Assembly: GCA_005779395.1 (NCBI GenBank)
Contig: SXJP01000036.1
Span: 1,235 to 65,234 of the forward strand
Direction: 5' to 3'
Length of the DNA: 64,000 bases
From: Actinomycetota bacterium
Lineage (GTDB): Bacteria; Actinomycetota; Acidimicrobiia; IMCC26256; PALSA-610
Part shown: one piece after another, positions 8,470 to 17,408 of the stretch
How positions within the stretch are numbered: position 1 is the first letter of the stretch
Layout of the letters: the number at the start of each line of letters is the position of its first letter
Made by a program: the position numbers and the translations under genes
The notes under the pieces: model-generated
The model's database searches: none
The model's input: the letters and a program-made list of their open reading frames with translations, nothing else
What the model was told of the DNA's origin: nothing

Positions 8470-9906
8470 ATGTCAGGTACTCCATCTAAGTTCAATGGTC
8501 GCGGAATCATCAGCGTGGCTGGCTACGTCCCGTACCGTCGGCTCGATCGCTCCGCAGTCGCCAAGACTTTCGGGAGCGGCGGTGGTCGTGGCAAGAGGGC
8601 AGTAGCGAGCTATGACGAAGACACGACGACTATGGGTGTCGAAGCCGGTCGTCTCGCACTTAAGTCAGCGCCGACGGCAATCACAGATCAGCTGATTTTT
8701 GCTACTGCATCTCCGGCCTACCTCGACAAGACAAATGCGACGACGCTTCACGCGGCATTGCGTCTCGACTCCGATGTTCCTGCTCTTGATTTCGGCGGAG
8801 CGATACGAAGCGGAGTCGGATCTCTACGTTTGGCGCTGACTGGAAATGGTGCGACCCTCGTTGTGAGCGCCGACACGCGAACGGGATTGCCGACGAGTAG
8901 CGACGAGTCGAACGGCGGCGACGGTGCAGCAGCAATCATTGTCGGCGGCCCGGAACAGGGCGCTGTGATCGCCGAACTGCTAGGAGCGTCAAGCATTACC
9001 GAGGAATTCATCGACCGCTGGCGTTCGCCAGGTAGTAATCGTTCCAAACAGTGGGAAGAACGCTTCGGCGAGACCAAGTATGTGCCAATTGGCGAGCGTG
9101 CCTTTGCGGGGGCCATAAAGCAGGCAGAGATCACCGCGCAGGACATCAACGTCCTAGCCGTAACGGGGATGCATTCACGTGCGTGTAAAGCTCTTGCAGG
9201 AAAACTCGGTGCGACTAACGCAGTAGCGGCTGACGATCTGACATCGGTGGTCGGAAACACAGGGACCTGCCATCCGGCGCTCGTGCTGGCCAATGTTCTC
9301 GAGACAGCTACTCCTGACCAAGTAATCGCACTCGTCGTGTTGGCCGATGGTGTCGAAGTATTGCTTTTCAGAGTTACTGACGCGATCTTGACTTTTTGTC
9401 CATACCGTTCGGTTGCAAAGCAAATCTCGAACGGAGCGGATATCACCTACGGCAAGTTCTTGGCATGGAAGAACCAGGTCACTATCGAACCGCCGCGCAG
9501 ACCAGAACCCGATCGAATTAGCGCATCGGTTTCTGGGCGGACAGAGGATTGGAAGTACGCGTTTGTCGGAAGCAAAGACCGCGGTAGCGGCGCGCTGCAT
9601 CTTCCGCCAGCGCGAGTCAGCCGTGACGGTGGTGCGTTAGACGACATGGAACCGGCGCCGATGTCTGACGTCGAAGGCACGATCCAGATAATCACCATCG
9701 ATCGCATTGCGTACTCACCGAGTCCACCGATCACATTCGCTGTGGTCGACTTCGATGGTGGAGGACGGCTTCCCGTAGAGCTAACTGACTGTTCGGCCGA
9801 TGATCTCGCCGTTGGCGACAAGGTCGAAATGACTTTTCGCAAGCTTTTTACTTCAGACGACATTCATAACTATTTCTGGAAAGCGCGTCCGGTTCCGCCG
9901 GCGTAA
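8470..9906 (+). CDS. HMG-CoA synthase / KAS-III-like thiolase-fold domain fused to a C-terminal DUF35-type OB-fold domain
   Basis: Starts at ATG 8470 (MSGTPSKFNGRGIISVAGYVPY). SYDEDTTTMGVEAG matches the HMGCS Glu region. The C-terminal ~130 aa resemble the DUF35 OB fold (FAVVDFDGGGRLPVELTD...GDKVEMTF). Confidence 0.7.
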   Translation: MSGTPSKFNGRGIISVAGYVPYRRLDRSAVAKTFGSGGGRGKRAVASYDEDTTTMGVEAGRLALKSAPTAITDQLIFATASPAYLDKTNATTLHAALRLDSDVPALDFGGAIRSGVGSLRLALTGNGATLVVSADTRTGLPTSSDESNGGDGAAAIIVGGPEQGAVIAELLGASSITEEFIDRWRSPGSNRSKQWEERFGETKYVPIGERAFAGAIKQAEITAQDINVLAVTGMHSRACKALAGKLGATNAVAADDLTSVVGNTGTCHPALVLANVLETATPDQVIALVVLADGVEVLLFRVTDAILTFCPYRSVAKQISNGADITYGKFLAWKNQVTIEPPRRPEPDRISASVSGRTEDWKYAFVGSKDRGSGALHLPPARVSRDGGALDDMEPAPMSDVEGTIQIITIDRIAYSPSPPITFAVVDFDGGGRLPVELTDCSADDLAVGDKVEMTFRKLFTSDDIHNYFWKARPVPPA

Positions 9907-9924
9907 CACGCGAGGATTTTCATC

Positions 9925-11121
9925 ATGGCTTCCAAAGGAATCAAGGACAAAGTCGCGATCGTCGGAATGGGCTGTACTCCGTTCGGCGAGCATTGGGACA
10001 AGGGCGCAGACGACCTTCTCATAGAAAGCAGTAGTGCCGCCATTGCTGCTGCTGGAGTCAAATCAGAAGACATAGATGCGTACTGGCTGGGTACAGCGAT
10101 GGGCGCGCCATCGGGGCTAACGCTTGCGCGTCCTCTGCAATTGCACAACAAGCCTGTCACTCACGTGATCAACCATTGCGCTACGGGGAGTGAGTCAATC
10201 CGTAACGCCGCATACGCAGTCGCAAGCGGCGCCTACGACATCGCGATGGCTATCGGTGTCGAGAAGGTCAAGGATTCTGGATACCAAGGACTTGTTGGTT
10301 CGGGTCGTCAGCCAACTGACGGAACGACGCGAACTCTCACGGCCGCGGCGATGTTCGCGATGTGTGCGCCTGCGTATTCCAAGAAGTACGGCGTGACCGA
10401 AACAGAGATGCGCGAAGTGCTAGCGCGCATTGCATGGAAGAACCATTACAACGGAGCACGCAACTCACGCGCTCAGTTTCGTAAAGAAGTCTCGATGGAG
10501 ACGATCTGTAATGCACCTTTGCTTGCGGGGGGTCTCGGCGTTTACGACTGCTCCGGGGTAGCCGATGGGAGCGCTGCCGCGATCCTTGTTCGTGCGGAGG
10601 ACGCATACAAGTACACCGATAAGCCGATATTCATCAAAGCGCTAGCGCTCGTGGCAGGGAATTGTTCGGGCAACGCAGACCCCGATTACGACTACACGAG
10701 TTTTCCCGAAATCCATGCCGCTGCCAACGACGCGTATGCCCAGGCAGGAATCACCGACCCGCGGGCACAACTCGCGATGGCGGAGGTCCACGATTGTTTC
10801 ACTCCAGCCGAACTTCTGATTTACGAAGATTTGGGATTCGCCGAGCGCGGCACCGCATGGAAAGAAGTTCTCGCTGGCACATACGACCTGCTCGGCGAAA
10901 TCTCTGTGAATCCCGATGGCGGGCTCAAGAGCTTCGGGCATCCTGTGGGAGCGAGTGGTGTGCGCATGGCATTCGAGGCATACCTGCAGTTGCGTGGAGA
11001 AGCCCCGCCGGAGCGCACGATCGCACACGCAGAAAGAGGCCTTGGATTGACTCACAACCTCGGTGGGTATCCGGGCGAGATGGTGAGCTTCGTCGGAATT
11101 TACGGTAATCAGCCTGGCTAA
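9925..11121 (+). CDS. Thiolase-family protein, SCP-x / lipid-transfer (Ltp) type
   Basis: 398 aa. GMGCTPFGEHW, nucleophile context INHCATGSES, HDCF motif, GHPVGASG. RBS GAGGA lies 8 nt upstream. Confidence 0.85.
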   Translation: MASKGIKDKVAIVGMGCTPFGEHWDKGADDLLIESSSAAIAAAGVKSEDIDAYWLGTAMGAPSGLTLARPLQLHNKPVTHVINHCATGSESIRNAAYAVASGAYDIAMAIGVEKVKDSGYQGLVGSGRQPTDGTTRTLTAAAMFAMCAPAYSKKYGVTETEMREVLARIAWKNHYNGARNSRAQFRKEVSMETICNAPLLAGGLGVYDCSGVADGSAAAILVRAEDAYKYTDKPIFIKALALVAGNCSGNADPDYDYTSFPEIHAAANDAYAQAGITDPRAQLAMAEVHDCFTPAELLIYEDLGFAERGTAWKEVLAGTYDLLGEISVNPDGGLKSFGHPVGASGVRMAFEAYLQLRGEAPPERTIAHAERGLGLTHNLGGYPGEMVSFVGIYGNQPG

Positions 11122-11172
11122 AATCGGGTCAATATTCGACCCAACAGGATTTTTGGGCGCTAGGGGAGTTGT

Positions 11173-12933
11173 GTGACCGTCCAGAAAAGCCTGACCCGTC
11201 GGGGCGTCAAGGTACTCATCAGGTTCGTCAGGACACACCCGAAGCCGTTTTCTGTCGCCATGGTCGGTGCTGTCTTGTACGCAGGTGCAGCGGTGCTCGG
11301 AACCATCGTGCTCGGTCGCCTCACAGACAAGGTGCTAGCGCCATCGTTCGATGGTGGGGTAAGCGCTAGTCGAGTCTGGTTCTTTGTTGCAGCAATTGTC
11401 ATAGCGGCATTACTGCGTTCGGCTGGCGTAATTCTGCGAAGGTACTCAGCCGCAGTTACATCGCGCCGCATGCAGGTGACTCTCAGGAGCGCGATCACCG
11501 AAAAGTATTTGGCTGCTCCGATGTCGTGGTTACGCGATACGCCGACCGGACAACTGCTCGCGCACGCAGACTCAGACGTCGAGGCAGCCGTCGAGGCCAT
11601 CAATCCGCTCCCGCTTTCGCTAGGCCTCGTAGCTCTGATCGTGTTCGCCGTCATCTCGTTGGTCTCGGCCGACCCGGTTCTCAGTTTGATCGGGCTTTGT
11701 CTGTTCCCTTCTCTCTTCGTGCTCAACCGGTTTTACACACACAGGATCGAAGCACCCGCAGCCGCGGCACAGGCATGTGTTGGAGCGGTGTCAGCTATCG
11801 CCCACGAAAGCTTCGATGGCGTGATGGTTGTCAAGTCCCTAGGTCTAGAAAGCCACGAAGTCGATCGTCTCGCCGCTGCCGCAGACAGGCTGCAGACCGA
11901 ACGCCTCAAGATCGGGCGCTTGCGCGCTGTATTCGAACCATTGCTCGATGTGCTGCCATCACTTGGGGCCATCGCAGTGCTAGCGGTTGGCGCATGGCGA
12001 GTTTCGAACGGTGCGATGACCCCTGGAGACATGGTTCAGGTAATAGCTACGTTCAACTTGCTTGCGTTCCCTATGCGAGTACTTGGCTTCTTATTAGAAG
12101 AAATTTCGCGTTCTGTTGTCGCGATGGACAGAATCGACGGCGTGTTATCTGCGCCGAGTGTCCCCGTGCCAACGCAGGCGAAGAGTCTTCCCGATGGTCT
12201 GCTTTCGCTTGAATGTGACGACCTCGGCTACTCGTTTACAGAGAGTGACGTTGTCTTAGAGGGATGCTGTCTGCGCGTTGAACCCGGCGAGGTAGTAGCG
12301 CTCGTCGGAGTTACGGGCACAGGAAAGTCGACGCTGTGCGAGCTATTTGCCGGGATGATGTCGCAAGACAGCGGCAGCCTGAGAGTCGGCGGGACTGCGT
12401 ACCAAGAATTGAGTACCGAAGACCTGCACCGTGAGGTCGCGCTGGTATTTCAGGAGTCATTTCTTTTCGCAGACACCGTCCTTGAGAACCTGACTTTCGG
12501 AACAGCTAGTTCAGAAGACGCCGCTAGGGCACTGCGAGTCGCTCAGGCCGACAGATTCGTAGCCGCGTTGGGTGATGGCCTCGAGACTGTGCTCGGTGAG
12601 CGCGGCGTAACACTTAGTGGCGGGCAAAGGCAACGAATCGCGTTGGCGCGTGCGTTGGCGCGTAATCCGCGCGTGTTGATTCTTGACGACGCTACGAGTG
12701 CCATAGACCCAATTGTGGAGGCACGTATTCTCGATGGCCTACGAAACGAGTTTTCGGTCACCACGCTTATTGTTGCGCACCGGGTTTCTACGATCGCGCT
12801 CGCAGATAGGGTCGCGATATTGCGGCAGGGCCGAATCGCGGCCACAGGCACGCACGCGGAGTTGCTCGCAACCGACGCCGATTATCGAGCGTTGGTCTAC
12901 GCGTATGAACATGAGGGCAAGGCCGTTTCGTGA
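11173..12933 (+). CDS. ABC exporter, fused permease/ATPase (heterodimer partner 1)
   Basis: 586 aa. Six-TM N-terminal half, Walker A GVTGTGKST, signature LSGGQRQR, Walker B ILDDATS. GTG start after AGGGGAG. Confidence 0.9.
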   Translation: MTVQKSLTRRGVKVLIRFVRTHPKPFSVAMVGAVLYAGAAVLGTIVLGRLTDKVLAPSFDGGVSASRVWFFVAAIVIAALLRSAGVILRRYSAAVTSRRMQVTLRSAITEKYLAAPMSWLRDTPTGQLLAHADSDVEAAVEAINPLPLSLGLVALIVFAVISLVSADPVLSLIGLCLFPSLFVLNRFYTHRIEAPAAAAQACVGAVSAIAHESFDGVMVVKSLGLESHEVDRLAAAADRLQTERLKIGRLRAVFEPLLDVLPSLGAIAVLAVGAWRVSNGAMTPGDMVQVIATFNLLAFPMRVLGFLLEEISRSVVAMDRIDGVLSAPSVPVPTQAKSLPDGLLSLECDDLGYSFTESDVVLEGCCLRVEPGEVVALVGVTGTGKSTLCELFAGMMSQDSGSLRVGGTAYQELSTEDLHREVALVFQESFLFADTVLENLTFGTASSEDAARALRVAQADRFVAALGDGLETVLGERGVTLSGGQRQRIALARALARNPRVLILDDATSAIDPIVEARILDGLRNEFSVTTLIVAHRVSTIALADRVAILRQGRIAATGTHAELLATDADYRALVYAYEHEGKAVS

Positions 12934-14819
12934 CCCCGCCCATAGACCCAGTGGCCGAAGAACTTCTTTCGATTCAGCATTCCTACGAGTCGTCTCATCG
13001 CGAAGACGAGTCGGACCAAGACGACGAAGAAATTTCTGGCACGCTCGCTGTACTGCGACTTGGGCTGAAAACAAGCCCAGAACTCAAGCGCGGAATCTGG
13101 ATAACGATTGCGTTCGCGTTCATAGTCGCGTTCGGGCGCTTGCTAATTCCGATACTGATTCAACAAGTACTCGATCGTGGGTTTAGGGGAGGAAAGTTCA
13201 ACGGTTCGTTCGTCTACGCCGCATGTGGTGCTACTGCACTCGCCGTTCTGAGTCTTGCCGCGCTTTCGCGATTGTCGTACATGCGATTGGTGCGTGCTGC
13301 TGAAGCAACGATGTTCGCTCTGCGCGTGCGCGTGTTCGAACACATTCATCGACTTTCGATGGCCGAGCACACTGAGTCGCGCAAGGGCGTACTGGTAGCG
13401 AGAGTCACGAGCGACATCGAAACGCTCGCGCGGTTCGCTCAATGGGGAGGGATTAGCTGGATTATCAACAGTACGGTCATCGTCCTCACCGTCATTGTGA
13501 TGACTACGTATTCGTGGGTGCTGACATTGGTCGTGGTTTTAGCGTTCGTGCCAGCACTTCCAGTCTTGCGGTTTATGCAGCGTCGCCAACTCCGGGCGTA
13601 CGACGAAGTTCGAACGAAAACTGCAGACATGCTCGCTGAGGTATCGGAGATGGTGACTGGTATCGCTGTCGTTCGCGGCTATGGGCTTGAGGCCAGAGCG
13701 CGAACTCGGATACGCCAGCGGATTGAGGCGTTGCTTCGTGCTCACCTTCGGGCGGCACGCTATTTCGCGGCGATGTTCACGATCGGCGACATCTTCGGTT
13801 CGATCGCTCTCGGCGGCGTTACTGCCGTGGCGGTATTTCATGGCGATGTCATTGGTATCGGCCTCGGGGAGACGGTCGCGTTCTTGTTTCTTGTACAAGT
13901 TCTCCTGAACCCAATTGCTGAACTTTCCGAGATTCTTGATCTCACTCAAACCGCCGTGGCTGGGTGGCGCAAAGTGCTTGCAGTGCTCGAGATACCAGTA
14001 GACGTTGCCGATCCGGTTGTTTCGGAAGGCGCGACTCGCAATCCGCTCCCAGACGGTTCTCTTTCTGTGCAAGTAAGGGGCGTTGACTTCGCATATCGGC
14101 AAGGTGATCTCGTTTTGCTTGATGTGTCGGTCGAGATACCTGCTGGTGCTCGAGTCGCGGTGGTCGGCGAGACGGGTTCGGGTAAGACCACTTTCGCGAA
14201 AATCCTGTGTCGTATCGCCGACCCCGTAGCGGGAGTCGTGCTTGTTGGAGGAGTTGCCTTACACGAGGTCGATGGGATGAGTCGGCGTAAAGCAATTCGC
14301 ATGGTTCCACAAGATGGGTTCCTGTTCGACACATCCGTACGCGAAAACGTGCGGTTTGGTAGTCCGGGAGCCTCGGATTCCGAAATAGATGCGGCGTTCT
14401 TGTCTCTTGGGCTGCAGTGGTGGGTCGACGGATTAGTTGACGGGCTCGAAACTGCGGCAGGAGAACGTGGAGACAACCTTTCGGTAGGGGAGCGCCAACT
14501 AGTCGCGTTGGCGCGAGCGCAGCTTTCTGGCGCAGGTCTACTTGTCCTTGATGAGGCAACTAGTGCCGTCGACCCAGAGACAGAACGGGCCTTGTCAGAT
14601 GCGCTCGACCGTCTAGCGGCCGGCCGCACAACGGTGACGATCGCACACCGACTTTCTACAGCAGAGGCGTCTGACCTTGTGTTGGTATTCGACAAGGGCC
14701 GGCTCGTGGAACAAGGTCGGCACGATGACCTATCAGTAGGGGCTGGCACGTACGCAAAGCTGTATCAGAGCTGGCTCGGAAATACCAGAAACCAGGCGAA
14801 CGCGGAGGTAATCGAATGA
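12930..14819 (+). CDS. ABC exporter, fused permease/ATPase (heterodimer partner 2)
   Basis: 629 aa. GETGSGKTT, LSVGERQL, VLDEATS. GTGA overlap with partner 1. Confidence 0.9.
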   Translation: MTPPIDPVAEELLSIQHSYESSHREDESDQDDEEISGTLAVLRLGLKTSPELKRGIWITIAFAFIVAFGRLLIPILIQQVLDRGFRGGKFNGSFVYAACGATALAVLSLAALSRLSYMRLVRAAEATMFALRVRVFEHIHRLSMAEHTESRKGVLVARVTSDIETLARFAQWGGISWIINSTVIVLTVIVMTTYSWVLTLVVVLAFVPALPVLRFMQRRQLRAYDEVRTKTADMLAEVSEMVTGIAVVRGYGLEARARTRIRQRIEALLRAHLRAARYFAAMFTIGDIFGSIALGGVTAVAVFHGDVIGIGLGETVAFLFLVQVLLNPIAELSEILDLTQTAVAGWRKVLAVLEIPVDVADPVVSEGATRNPLPDGSLSVQVRGVDFAYRQGDLVLLDVSVEIPAGARVAVVGETGSGKTTFAKILCRIADPVAGVVLVGGVALHEVDGMSRRKAIRMVPQDGFLFDTSVRENVRFGSPGASDSEIDAAFLSLGLQWWVDGLVDGLETAAGERGDNLSVGERQLVALARAQLSGAGLLVLDEATSAVDPETERALSDALDRLAAGRTTVTIAHRLSTAEASDLVLVFDKGRLVEQGRHDDLSVGAGTYAKLYQSWLGNTRNQANAEVIE

Positions 14820-15511
14820 CGATTGATTGGACGCAGGTTCGGACCCTCACTTTTGATTGCTATGGCACAATCATCGACTGGGAGACAGGCATCGCGAATG
14901 CACTCGCAACGGTTTTTGACAATCACGGTGTCGAATTTGTTCGGCCAGCAGCACTGAGCGCTTTTGCGAAGCATGAGCACGCAGTCGAGGTCGATGGCAT
15001 GTCCTACCGCTCGGTCTTGGCTGCCACTATGACCTTGATCGGTACGGAGTTCGGCTTTGAGCCAAGCGGCAAGGAATGCGCCGACTTTGGAAGTTCCGTA
15101 TCTGATTGGCCACCGTACCCGGATTCAGCGCGTGCTCTGCGAACCCTCGGTGCAAAGTTCGAACTCGTGATTCTGTCGAACATCGATGATGACTTGTTCG
15201 CATTGTCTGCGGCGAAATTGAAAGGCGTTGAGTTCTCGCATGTTGTTACGGCTCAACAGGTTGGTTCATACAAACCAAACCCTGCGCATTTTCACGTCGG
15301 GCTAGAACGCATCGGTCGTCCACAATCCGAGATCGTGCACGTGGCACAAAGCCTGTTCCATGACCACGTCCCCGCCAAGGCAATGGGTTTCACTACCGTC
15401 TGGATCAACAGGCAAGGTGGCGATGGTGCATCGGGGGCAACGCCGCGAGCGACGGCAACGCCAGATCTAGAACTCAGCGATCTCGAATCGCTCGCACGCT
15501 CAGCTACTTAG
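14816..15511 (+). CDS. HAD-superfamily hydrolase (haloacid dehalogenase type II-like)
   Basis: 231 aa. The nucleophile motif FDCYGTIIDWE and the SYKP motif are present. ATGA overlap with the ABC gene. Confidence 0.75.
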   Translation: MTIDWTQVRTLTFDCYGTIIDWETGIANALATVFDNHGVEFVRPAALSAFAKHEHAVEVDGMSYRSVLAATMTLIGTEFGFEPSGKECADFGSSVSDWPPYPDSARALRTLGAKFELVILSNIDDDLFALSAAKLKGVEFSHVVTAQQVGSYKPNPAHFHVGLERIGRPQSEIVHVAQSLFHDHVPAKAMGFTTVWINRQGGDGASGATPRATATPDLELSDLESLARSAT

Positions 15512-16549
15512 TGAGACGAACTTGTCTAGGAACGCGTGTGCATTGTTTCCCAACTCTGAGACGGCGTAGCCACCTTCTTGCAATATCACGGTCGGCATCG
15601 ATCGTGCTCTGATTGCCGCGCCGATGCGTCCTATGCCATCGGTGGTAATTGCTAAGTCGCCGAGCGGATCGCCACCGAAAATGTCGAGACCCAACGACAC
15701 GAATAACACCTCGGGGTTGTAGGAGTCGATCGCGTCGAGCGCTCGCGTGAGTTCACTCAAGTACATGTCGTTTTCGCAGCCCGCTTCAAGTGGAATATTT
15801 AGATTGCGTCCGTTGCCGCGGCCCGTTCCGGTCTCGTCTGCGAAACCAAGGAAATATGGGTAAGCACGCGCAGGGTCGCCGTGCAGTGACGCGTAGAACA
15901 CGTCTGGACGTTCGTAAAAGATCTGCTCGGTGCCGTTGCCGTGGTGATAATCGACATCGAGTACCGCGACGCGTTCGGCGCCTTTAGCAACTGCGTGTTG
16001 CGCTGCGATGGCGGCATTGTTGAAAAAGCAGTAGCCACCAAATACAGACGTCGCGGCGTGGTGGCCGGGTGGGCGACACAGCGCATAGGCGTTACTTGCC
16101 CCACCTAGCACTGTGTCGGTCGCGGTCAGAGCTGAGTCGACGGCGCTGCGTGCAGCTGTGTATGTACCTGCGACGATCGGTGTCGTCGTCTCGAAACACC
16201 AGTAACCCAGCCGACCGAGTGGAGACTCGGCGTCAGCGATTGGCTCCATGCCTGCACGCAGTGCCGGGTGGAAAAAAACGTCAGGTATCGCGATGTCGAA
16301 TCCGGAAGCTGCCGACCATTCTGCATGCGCATGTTCGATATAACTAACCATCGCGGGTTCATGCACCGAATCGATCGGCGCGCGCCCAAAAGTCTTCGGC
16401 TCGACAATTTCGAAACGCGCATCTTGCGCGAGCGATGAAATGATTTGTTCAGCGCGACTTGGAGTCTCCTGCATCGGGATGCGATGACCTGCCTCTACCT
16501 GAGCTGTCGGATCATGCAGCCGATGAGATTCAGAAAAAACAACCTGCAT
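15500..16549 (-). CDS. Histone deacetylase-family amidohydrolase (AcuC / acetylpolyamine amidohydrolase-like)
   Basis: 349 aa. CRPPGHHA and DVDYHHGNGTE zinc/active-site motifs. Confidence 0.85.
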   Translation of the reverse strand: MQVVFSESHRLHDPTAQVEAGHRIPMQETPSRAEQIISSLAQDARFEIVEPKTFGRAPIDSVHEPAMVSYIEHAHAEWSAASGFDIAIPDVFFHPALRAGMEPIADAESPLGRLGYWCFETTTPIVAGTYTAARSAVDSALTATDTVLGGASNAYALCRPPGHHAATSVFGGYCFFNNAAIAAQHAVAKGAERVAVLDVDYHHGNGTEQIFYERPDVFYASLHGDPARAYPYFLGFADETGTGRGNGRNLNIPLEAGCENDMYLSELTRALDAIDSYNPEVLFVSLGLDIFGGDPLGDLAITTDGIGRIGAAIRARSMPTVILQEGGYAVSELGNNAHAFLDKFVSLSS

Positions 16550-16570
16550 TACCGCAGAGTAGCTACGCGC

Positions 16571-17170
16571 TTAGGCGATGCCCTCGCGGCGAGCCATCGC
16601 GACCGCCTCAATCTTGGAGTGCGTGCCAAGCTTGTTGATCACCTTTTGCACATGGGTACGTACTGTGTTACGGCTGACGAACAACTCAGACATGATGCTT
16701 TCGGTTGATGAGCCGTGCGTGAGCAAACGCAGAACTTCGTGCTCGCGGGGAGTCAGGCCGTAGCGGCCCCCAACTGGTGCAGGAATCGACTGCAACGGAA
16801 GGGTCACACCGGCATTTGCCGCGCGAACCGCATTCACGACATCACTCGCAGCGCGGTCCTTCGTGACGAACGCGTTGCAACCAGCCTCAATTGCTGCATT
16901 CGCTGTATTCGGTTGGGCGAGACCCGTGAGCATCACGACCTTCACACCAGGCGCGGCCTCGCGCAATTGCATGATCGCACTCACACCATCTACGTCTGGG
17001 AGTTGGTAATCAAGAACGCAGACGTCCGGGTCGTGCATCGCAACTTGCGCTGAAGCGTCGGAGGCAGAAACAGCGATGCCTACGATCTCGATGTCTTGTT
17101 CGTCGCTGAGTATTCGGACGAGACTCTCGGCGAACATCCGGTGGTCGTCGACTACCAGTACTCGAATCAT
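16571..17170 (-). CDS. Response regulator, NarL/LuxR family (no kinase adjacent)
   Basis: The receiver begins MIRVLVVDDH (ATG 17170). The C-terminal LuxR HTH is LTPREHEVLRLL...VRTHVQKVINKL. Confidence 0.85.
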   Translation of the reverse strand: MIRVLVVDDHRMFAESLVRILSDEQDIEIVGIAVSASDASAQVAMHDPDVCVLDYQLPDVDGVSAIMQLREAAPGVKVVMLTGLAQPNTANAAIEAGCNAFVTKDRAASDVVNAVRAANAGVTLPLQSIPAPVGGRYGLTPREHEVLRLLTHGSSTESIMSELFVSRNTVRTHVQKVINKLGTHSKIEAVAMARREGIA

Positions 17171-17217
17171 GTTGTAACCATTCCTTTTCCCGCCCGTGGG
17201 TTCCACAAGTGTAGAGA

Positions 17218-17233
17218 CCGACAAAATTGTCGG
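17218..17233. promoter_or_regulatory. Perfect inverted repeat CCGACAA-AA-TTGTCGG
   Basis: Lies in the 238-bp divergent region between the LuxR-type regulator gene and gcvP. Confidence 0.3.
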
Positions 17234-17270
17234 CATAAAAAGCCTCACGCAGTTGCTAGAAATTTGGAAC

Positions 17271-17301
17271 GGACAAATAATCATGGCATGATTTTTCGTC
17301 C
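17271..17301. other. Imperfect 13-bp-stem hairpin / palindrome GGACAAATAATCATGGCATGATTTTTCGTCC
   Basis: 11 of 13 stem positions pair. AT-rich. Lies in the gcvP upstream region. Confidence 0.3.
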
Positions 17302-17408
17302 GTCATGTTCGAACGTTGCCATCTTAGAAAAGTCATCAGAAGCATTAGTTTCGCGTCCGATTCGGTCGCCGACACAGGGTTCTGCGTCGTAAGAGGAGAC
17401 ACCAGACG

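Noticed and set aside
13946-14749. Long antisense ORFs inside well-supported genes (also 8748-9446, 44006-44863, 55063-55827, 56089-56652, 10642-11238)
   Set aside because: These are typical shadow ORFs of GC-rich coding DNA. They are Arg/Ser/Pro-rich and have no motifs. The opposite strand carries clear family signatures.
17171-17408. Glycine riboswitch upstream of gcvP
   Set aside because: I looked for the conserved cores (GGAGAG ... ACCGAAGGGGCAA ... CUCAGGCAAAAGGAC) on the plus strand and found none. A covariance-model search is still needed to be certain.
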